From the NCBI RefSeq assembly GCF_039654945.1, contig NW_027361801.1, positions 2,728,001 to 2,792,000 of the forward strand: a stretch of 64,000 nucleotides of DNA. Reading direction: 5' to 3'. The DNA comes from Dendrobates tinctorius. Its lineage: Eukaryota. The notes under the pieces are model-generated. The model ran no database searches, was not told the DNA's origin, and saw only the letters and a program-made list of their open reading frames with translations. Of the stretch, positions 37,743-64,000 are shown one piece after another (the stretch's first letter is position 1; every line of letters starts with the position of its first letter). A program made the translations under genes and the position numbers.

Positions 37743-40700
37743 CATTGGGGAAAATAAGTATTTGATACACTGCCGATTTTGCAAGTTTTCCCACCTACAA
37801 AAAAATGGAGAGGTCTGTAATTTTTATCGTAGGTACACCACCTATGAGAGACAGAATCTTAAAAAAATTTCAGAAAATCACATTGTATGATATTTAAATA
37901 ATTAATTTGCATTTTATTGCATGAAATAAGTATTTGATACAGTAAAAAAACAGAACTTAATATTTGGTCAGACGTTTCATGAATTTCTTGACCAAGTTTG
38001 CACACACTGCAGCAGGGATTTTGGCCCACTCCTCCATACAGATTTTCCCCAGATCTTTCAGGTTTCGGGGTTATCACTGGGCAACATTAAGCTTCAGCTC
38101 CCTTCAAATATTTTCTATTGGGTTCAAGTCTGGAGACTCGCTAGACCGCTCCAGGATCTTGAAATGCTTCTTATGGAGCCACGCCTTAGTTGCCCTGGCT
38201 GTGTGAAACAGGTTATTGTCCTGCTCGAAGACCCAGTTACAACCCATCTTCAATGCTCTTACAGAGGGACTGAGGTTGTTGGCCAAAATCTCGCTATACA
38301 TGACCCCATCCATCCTCCCTTTAATTTGGTGCATTCATCCTGTCCCTTTGCAAAAAAAGCACCCCAAAAGTATGTTTCCGTCACCATGCTTCACAGTTGG
38401 CACGGTGTTCTTGGGGTTGTATTCATCCTTCTTCCTCCATCACAGCGATTTGAGTTGATACCAAAAAGTCCTATTTTGGCCTCATCTGACCACATGGCCT
38501 ACTCCTAGGAATCCTCTGGATCATCCAGATGGTCAATGGCAAACTTCAAGCAGGCCTGGACATGTGCTGGCGTGAGAAGGTGAACTTTGTGTACCATGCA
38601 AGATTTTAATCCATGACGACGTAGTGTGTTACTAATGGTAATTTTTGAGACTGTGGTCTCAGCTCTCTTCAGGTCATTGACCAGGTCATCCACTGTAGTT
38701 CTGGGCTAATTCCTGACCATTGTCACAATTATACAATCATGAGGCGACATCATGCATGGAGCTCCAGACAGAGGAAGATTGACAATTATCTTGTTTCTTC
38801 CATTTTCTAATTATTGTGCCAACAGTTGTTGCCTTCTCACTAAGCTGCTTGCCTATTGTCCTATAGCCCATCCCAGCCTTGTTCAGGTCTACAATTTTGA
38901 TCCTGGTGTCCTTACACAGCACTTTGGTCTTGGGCATGTTGGAGAGGTTGAAGTGTTATTGAGTTCAAACAGGTACAAATAGTACAGATAACGAGTGCAG
39001 AGTAGGAGGCTTCTTAAAGAAAAACTAACAGGTCTGTGAGAGCCATAATTCTGGCTGCTTGGTAGGTGATCAAATACTTATTTCATGCAATTTAATTATT
39101 TAAAAATCATACAATGTGATTTTTTTGTTTTTAGGTTCTGTCTCACAGTTGAAGTGTACACCACCGTTCAAAAGTTTAGGGTCACTTAGAAATTTCCATA
39201 TTTTTGAAAGAAAAGCACAATTTTTTCCAATGATGCTAACATTAAATGATTCAGAAATACACTCTATACATTGCTAATGTGGTAAATGACTATTCTAGCT
39301 GCAAACGTCTGGTTTGTAATGCAATATCTTCATGGGTGTAGAGAGACCCATTTCCAACAACCATCACTCCAGTGTTCTTATGGTACTTTGTGTTTGCTAA
39401 GTGTGTAAGAAGGCCAATGGATGGTTAGAATACCCTTGAAAACCATTGTGCAAGTATGTTAGCACAGCTGAAAACAGTTTGGCTGATTAAAGAAGCTATA
39501 AACCTGAACTTCCTTTGAGCTAGTTAAGAATCTGGAGCATTACATTTGTTGGTTCCATTAAACTCTCCAAATGGCCAGAAAAAAGAACTTTCATGTGAAA
39601 CTCGACAGTCTATTGTTCTTAAAAATGAAGGCCATTCCATGCGAGAAATTGCCAAGAAACTGAAGATTTCCAACAACGGTGTGTACTACTCTCATCACAG
39701 GAGAGCACAAACAGGCTCTAACCAGCATTGAAAGAGAAGTGGGAGGCCCCGCTGCACAATTGAGCAACAAGACAAGTACATTAGAGTCTGTAGTTTGAGA
39801 AATCGACGCCTCACAGGTCCTCAACTGGCAGCTTCATTAAATAGTACACATAAAACGCCAGTGGTAACGTCTTCTGTGAAGAGGTGACTCTGGGAGGCTG
39901 GCCTTCAGGGTAGAGTGGCAAAGAAAAAGTCATATCTGAGACTGGCTAGTAAAAGGAAAAGATTAATATGGGCAAAAGAACACAGACATTGCATAGAGGA
40001 AGATTGATAAAATGTGTTATGGACAGAAGAATGCAAGTTTGAGGTGTTTGGATCACACAAAAGAACATTTGTGAGACGCAGAACAACTGAAAAGATACTG
40101 GAAGAGTGTCTGATGCCTTCTGTCAAGCATGGTGGAGGTAATGTAATGGTTTGGGGCTGCTTTAGTGCTCGTAAAGTGGGAGATTTGTACAAGGTAAAAG
40201 GGATTTTGAATAAGGAAGGCCATCACTACATTTGCAACACCATGCCATACCCTGTGGACAGCGCTTGATTGGAGCCAATTTCATCCTACAACAGGACAAT
40301 GGCCCAAAGCACACCTCCAACTTATGCAAGAACTATTTAGGGAAGAAGCAGGCAGCTGGTATTCGATCTGTAATGGAGTGGCCAGCGCAGTCACCAGATC
40401 TCAACCCCATTGAGCTGTTGTGGGAGCAGCTTGACCGTATGGTACGCAAAAAGTGCCCATCAAGCCAAACCAACTTGTGGGAGGGGCTTCTGGAAGCATG
40501 GGGTGAAATTTCTCCAGATTACCTCAGCAAATTAACTGCTAGAATGCCAAAGGTCTGCAATGCTGTAATTGCTGCAAAGGGAGCATTCTTTAACGAAAGC
40601 AAAGTTTGAAAGAGAAAATTATTATTTCAAATAAAAATCTTTTTTTCGAACCTTGTCAATGTCCGGACTAGATTTTAAATTCATTTGGCAACTCATTTGA

Positions 40701-40863
40701 TTAATAAAAGTATGAGTTTTCATGGAAAACACAAAATTGTCTGGGTGACCCCAAACTTTTGAACAGTAGTGTATGTAAGATAAAAATTACAGACCTCTCC
40801 ATTCTTTGTAGGTGGGAAAACTTGCAGAATTGGAGGTGTATCAAATACTTATTTTCTCCACTG
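37743..40863 (-). mobile_element. Degenerate Tc1 element hosting a nested Tc1
   Basis: TA-CATTGGGGAAAATAAGTATTTGA...TCAAATACTTATTTTCTCCACTG-TA; transposase fragments MPKTKVL and [13 protein letters not shown]. Confidence 0.88.
39159..40771 (+). mobile_element. Degenerate Tc1 element nested in the TIR of the previous element
   Basis: TA TSD; CACCACCGTTCAAAAGTTTAGGGTCAC / GTGACCCCAAACTTTTGAACAGTAGTG; [16 protein letters not shown] fragments. Confidence 0.9.
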
Positions 40864-41579
40864 TAAGTTTATATCCCATGTTGTGAGTATGCCGCTGTGG
40901 ATTTGTGTGCAGAAAACCTGCTGCAAATTACAGTACAGAGAAATCTCATTCACATGCTGCAAGGAAAATACACACAGAAAATTGACTTGTGCAATGTAAA
41001 AGGTGTAATGTGTCGAAAATCCACAACTTCCATTATAGTGAAAATTCCACAGCAGATATGGGTCGTGGGAACATACCCTTAAGTTAGGTCTATGCGTTGC
41101 AAAAGGTGAAATGCTTTGCAACTATCTGCTGTAAATACCCAACATCTATAAAAAAAAATGAACAAAAAAAAAAAAAAAATACAAAAACCGTAAAGTGACA
41201 AGATACACAAACTACTTCATAGACAATTGTTTTATTAGCAATTTTCAGTACAATATTTAGGAATGTTAGATTCAATATGAACATTTACATTTAAAAATTA
41301 CTGACGAGCAAAAAAAAATGGCATCGAAAATGAGCACTGAAAATAAGTCTGGGATCTGAATGAAAAACTGTGATCTGGTCTTTATGACCAAATTTATAGA
41401 TCAATAGATTTAAAGGGATTTTTAATTATGCCCTAGTATTTTAGCTTTCAGATTTGTTTTGCTCACATTTTCATTAAAATGCCAAAATAAATCAATGCTA
41501 TGTGAGAGTCAGATTTATTTAATAATGTTGCTACTTGTAGAAAATAATTTACAGAAGTCTTCCTCGTTGTCACGTCTTC

Positions 41580-59075
<17,496 letters not shown>

Positions 59076-59934
59076 TTCTTAAGTAATTTTTCCAACGCCC
59101 ACCTGAAAACCAAAGAGATATAAATATGGATCGAATACAATCTACCCTACTGAAAAAGTGACCAATATACATGAACGGCCAGCAGTAGCCAATCTGATGG
59201 GGCTGCGTTACGGTCACGTTCCTGGAGCCACAATATTTTTATCGTGGACGTAGCGGTATGACGGGCTTGATTTTTGCTGGCGGATTTTTACTAGCTCTTT
59301 GTGGGGAGAAATAGAAATCTACACCCCGGTTATTGAGATACCACATATATAGCATTAATTACCTTTTATTAATTTTATACACTACCATATAGTTTTAATA
59401 TTTTACCATATGTCTTTTGTTGGTAGAAAATACTTTGTCTGGGGAAAAAAATATATATCGCTTCTCTGTGACCATCTGAGTGGTATAAATTTTTCAATTT
59501 TCCATGGATGGAGCTGTGAACACTTACGTTTATATGAAAAGGTTAAGTGGTCCCATTTTTGGACTTTTTGATCACAAGAATTCTTCAACTCTTACAAGTT
59601 TAAAGGGAAGCTGTCAGCTGTTTTGGCCGCTATAAGATGCGGCCGCCGCCTTTCAGGGCTTATCTACAGTGTTCTATAATGCTGTGTATCTGCCCCCAGT
59701 CCGACCTGAAAGATGAGAAAAACAAGTTTTATTATACTCACCTGGGGGGACGGTCCGGTCCGATGGTGTCGCAGGTCCGGGTCCGGCGCCTCCCATCTTC
59801 TTGCAATGACGCCCTCCTGCTTGCTACATGGCTCCCCGACATCGCACTCCTGCGCAGGTGTACTGATCTGCCCTGTTGAGGGCAGGCACAGCAAATTCCT
59901 GCAGTGCGCAGGCGCCAGGAAAGATCAGAGGCCA

Positions 59935-62797
59935 CACACGTGCAGTATAGGTCCGCCCACTGGACTCCCACACGCACAGTAAGTCCTCCTACTGGACTCC
60001 CACACACGCACAGTAGGTCCGCCCACTGGACTCCCACACACGCCGCGTAGGTCCGCCCACTGGGCTTCCACACAAGCCGCGTAGGTCCGCCCACTGGGCT
60101 TCCACAAACGCGCACAGTAGGTCCGCCCACTGGACTCCCACACGCACAGTAGGCCTGCCCACTGGACTACCACACATGCGCCCAGCATAGGTCCGCCCAC
60201 TGGACTCCCACACGCGCCCAGCATAGGTCCGCCCACTGGACTCCCACACGCGCCCAGCATAGGTCCGCCCACTGGACTCCCACACGCGCGCAGCATAGGT
60301 CCGCCCACTGGACTCCCACACGCGCGCAGCATAGGTCCGCCCACTGGACTCCCACACGCGCGCAGCATAGGTCCGCCCACTGGACTCCCACACGCGCCCA
60401 GCATAGGTCCGCCCACTGGACTCCCACACGCGCCCAGCATAGGTCCGCCCACTGGACTCCCACATGCGCCCAGCATAGGTCCGCCCACTGGACTCCCACA
60501 CGCGCCCAGCATAGGTCCGCCTACTGGACTCCCACACGCGCCCAGCATAGGTCCGCCCACTGGACTCCCACACGCACAGTAAGTCCTTCTACTGGACTCC
60601 CACACACGCACAGTAGGTCCGCCCACTGGACTCCCACACACGCACAGTAGGTCCGCCCACTGGGCTTCCACACGCACAGTAGGTCCGCCCACTGGACTCC
60701 CACACGCGCAGCATAGGTCCGCCCACTGGACTCCCACACGCACAGTAAGTCCTCCTACTGGACTCCCACACACGCCCAGCATAGGTCCGCCCACTGGACT
60801 CCCACACACGCCACGTAGGTCCGCCCACTGGACTCCCACACACGCGCACAGTAGGTCCACCCACTGGACTCCCACACATGCGCGCAGCATAGGTCCGCCC
60901 ACTGGACTCCCACACGCGCCCAGCATAGGTCCGCCCACTGGACTCCCACACGCGCCCAGCATAGGTCCGCCCACTGGACTCCCACACGCGCCCAGCATAG
61001 GTCCGCCCACTGGACTCCCACACGCGCCCAGCATAGGTCCGCCCACTGGACTCCCACACGCACAGTAAGTCCTTCTACTGGACTCCCACACACGCACAGT
61101 AGGTCCGCCCACTGGACTCCCACACACGCCGCGTAGGTCCGCCCACTGGGCTTCCACACGCACAGTAGGTCCGCCCACTGGACTCCCACACGCGCAGCAT
61201 AGGTCCGCCCACTGGACTCCCACACGCACAGTAAGTCCTCCTACTGGACTCCCACACACGCCCAGCATAGGTCCGCCCACTGGACTCCCACACACGCCGC
61301 GTCGGTCCGCCCACTGGACTCCCACACACGCCGCGTCGGTCAGCCCACTGGACTCCCACACACGCGCGCAGCATAGGTCCGCCCACTGGACTCCCACACA
61401 CGCGCGCAGCATAGGTCCGCCCACTGGACTCCCACACACGCGCGCAGCATAGGTCCGCCCACTGGACTCCCACACACGCGCGCCGCATAGGTCCGCCCAC
61501 TGGACTCCCACACGCGCGCAGCATAGGTCCGCCCACTGGACTCCCACACGCGCGCAGCATAGGTCCGCCCACTGGACTCCCACACACGCGCGCAGCATAG
61601 GTCCGCCCACTGGACTCCCACACACGCGCGCAGCATAGGTCCGCCCACTGGACTCCCACACACGCGCGCAGCATAGGTCCGCCCACTGGACTCCCACACA
61701 CGCGCGCAGCATAGGTCCGCCCACTGGACTCCCACACACGCGCGCCGCATAGGTCCGCCCACTGGACTCCCACACGCGCGCAGCATAGGTCCGCCCACTG
61801 GGCTCCCACACGCGCGCAGCATAGGTCCGCCCACTGGGCTCCCACACGCGCGCAGCATAGGTCCGCCCACTGGACTCCCACACGCGCGCAGTAGGTCCGC
61901 CCACTGGACTCACACACACGCACAGTAGGTCCGCCCACTGGACTCACACACACGCACAGTAGGTCCGCCCACTGGACTCACACACGCACAGTAGGTCCGC
62001 CCACTGGACTCACACACGCACAGTAGGTCCGCCCACTGGACACACACACGCACAGTAGGTCCGCCCACTGGACTCACACACACGCACAGCATAGGTCCGC
62101 CCACTGGGCTCCCAAACGCGCACAGTAGGTCCTCCCACTGGACTCCCACACGCGCACAGTAGGTCCGCCTACTGGACTCCCACACGCGCACAGTAGGTCC
62201 GCCCACTGGACTCCCACACGCGCACAGTAGGTCCGCCCACTGGACTCCCACACGCGCACAGTAGGTCCGCCCACTGGACTCCCACACGCGCACAGTAGGT
62301 CCGACCACTGGACTCCCACACGCGCACAGTAGGTCCGACCACTGGACTCCCACACGCGCACAGTAGGTCCGACCACTGGACTCCCACACGCGCACAGTAG
62401 GTCCGACCACTGGACTCCCACACGCGCACAGTAGGTCCGACCACTGGACTCCCACACGCGCACAGTAGGTCCGCCTACTGGACTCCCACACGCGCACAGT
62501 AGGTCCGCCTACTGGACTCCCACACGCGCACAGTAGGTCCGCCCACTGGACTCCCACACGCGCACAGTAGGTCCGACCACTGGACTCCCACACGCGCACA
62601 GTAGGTCCGACCACTGGACTCCCACACGCGCACAGTAGGTCCGACCACTGGACTCCCACACGCGCACAGTAGGTCCGCCTACTGGACTCCCACACGCGCA
62701 CAGTAGGTCCGCCTACTGGACTCCCACACGCGCACAGTAGGTCCGCCCACTGGACTCCCACACGCGCACAGTAGGTCCGACCACTGGACTCCCACAT
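59935..62797. repeat. GC-rich 30-34-bp minisatellite (~85 units) in the probable NSDHL 5'-UTR intron
   Basis: Unit aggtccgcccactggactcccacacgcgcacagt with blockwise variants. Confidence 0.96.
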
Positions 62798-63162
62798 ACA
62801 AACCTCAAGGATTCCAATGAATGTAATGCAAGTTTTACTGAAACTATTCCCACAAGAAATGTGCATCACCTCCTCCCGCTCTATAACACGCTGCCTGCAG
62901 ATCATAGAACATTTTCATCGTGACTGGTTGCCATAATGAAAGTAGGAAGGCTATACATAAAATAGTAAGAAACAATCAATGGAGCAATTAGCCAGAGGTC
63001 AAATAATATTACTGATCACATGAATAGGCTACAGAGCCAAAGCCTCATAGTCACCAGCAGAGCGGGAAGCCTGCTTGTCTGTACTGCTGCTTCCACTAGA
63101 CTAGACAGCACTGAGCCTGTGCTGCGGTGCAGGTGCTGGTTGGCACGGCTGCCCTCTCTTAC

Positions 63163-63270
63163 CTGTCCCCTGTGCTTTCAGCTCTCTCCCCTCTGTTATC
63201 TGCTGATCTCCCAGTATAACATGCAGATAACATGCCTGACTATGGGCTGAGAATCAGCAGAGCTCAGACA
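63163..63270 (-). other. NSDHL: Probable non-coding exon 1 of NSDHL
   Basis: CAG|GTAAGA donor at 63163/63162 just downstream of the CCAAT cluster; the ATG exon has its own acceptor so an upstream exon is required. The 5' boundary is a guess. Confidence 0.55.
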
Positions 63271-63274
63271 CTTG

Positions 63275-63525
63275 CAACCGATTGGTTAAACTAACACGCA
63301 ATAAACCAATAGAAAAAGACATCAGCATCTCCCATGGTAACCAACATGTTACGTCACTCACTATGCGCCGGGAAGTAGCGCTGAGTGTCAAGCCTCGTTC
63401 TGCTCAATGACAGTCTATTTCTTATTGGTTAAGCTGTTGACAGATGGCCAATAGGAATCATCTTGACTTATCTGCTGAGCGTTGATTGGTTGAATTAGTG
63501 TGTCCTATGTTAATGATTGGAGCAG
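63275..63525. promoter_or_regulatory. Bidirectional promoter (NSDHL / CETN2-like)
   Basis: Six CCAAT boxes (63281, 63306, 63424, 63448, 63485, 63516), RFX X-box-like site 63328-41, CRE-like TTACGTCA 63349-56, ETS-like GGAAGT near 63371. Confidence 0.75.
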
Positions 63526-63579
63526 GCGGTTGGGTCGTGTAGTAGGAGAGGTACTGGTTCGGCAGCGCTGCAGCCCGAT

Positions 63580-63582
63580 ATG
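63580..63582 (+). CDS. CETN2: ATG-only first coding exon of a divergent gene, likely centrin-2
   Basis: gatATG|GTGAGT strong donor. CETN2 lies head-to-head with NSDHL in mammals and its first exon contributes only the ATG. The identity rests on synteny, not on protein sequence. Confidence 0.55.
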
Positions 63583-64000
63583 GTGAGTTGTAAAGAGATA
63601 TGAGGCCGAGTCCGTGTCCTAGTGATGGTACAGTGTAGTTGAGGCTGTGTGGCTGCCCACACCTCACCTGGGATCTGCAGGAGGCTGCCTCTGTAGTAAT
63701 GTCTTATTGTATCTGTGGGACTGTGCTGCCTTGGGAAGGAAACCTGAAGGATTTCATAAATACAGATACATATGAAACAATAAGAGAAATAAATAATAGG
63801 AAAAATATGATAAGAGAAATGAGAAAACATAATAAATATTAAATATAATGTATAAATCTTTCGCTCCCCCTTAGGCAGTGGTGCCGTTCTGGGCCCACAA
63901 GGTTAGATACCAGAGCCCGTTGTATCCCCATGATGGGCCCTGATTGCGATTATCTCTCATGTACACACCATAGTATAATTTTTGGTGATCCCCAATATTT

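Noticed and set aside
62864-62876. SRE-like ATCACCTCCT near the NSDHL promoter
   Set aside because: Several mismatches to ATCACCCCAC and about 400 bp from the CCAAT cluster; cannot be supported without ChIP or conservation data.
59738-62905. Long Cys/Gly-rich ORFs (664, 331 and 292 aa) resembling keratin-associated or metallothionein-like proteins
   Set aside because: Artefacts of a stop-poor minisatellite; unit lengths of 30-34 bp cycle through all frames.

Overview
Repeat-rich vertebrate genomic DNA, most likely an anuran amphibian (inferred from TTAA-flanked T2/Kolobok-type MITEs, abundant Harbinger MITEs and many IR/DR Tc1 elements). The one complete host gene is NSDHL on the minus strand: 7 coding exons spanning 59075..41580 that splice to 346 aa, plus a probable non-coding exon 1 near 63163. 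It sits head-to-head, across a CCAAT-rich promoter, with an ATG-only first exon (63580-63582) that matches the known architecture of CETN2. The rest is layered transposons: (1) a young Gmr1-type Gypsy element (order gag-PR-IN-RT, one nonsense codon, ~1.5 kb LTR) inserted into an older decayed Gypsy; (2) a solo LTR with a 5-bp TSD; (3) a 5'-truncated CR1 LINE with an open ORF2; (4) at least seven Tc1 elements or remnants, one with an intact DD34E transposase; (5) a 4.4-kb fold-back hAT-type element in an NSDHL intron; (6) many MITEs and several minisatellites. The most unusual signal is an array of 7-9 tRNA-Leu-3'-end (PBS-like) motifs in the Gmr1 LTR/leader, several followed by LTR-terminus-like TGTGAC/GTCAC. 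All coordinates were read by eye and no database searches were run.
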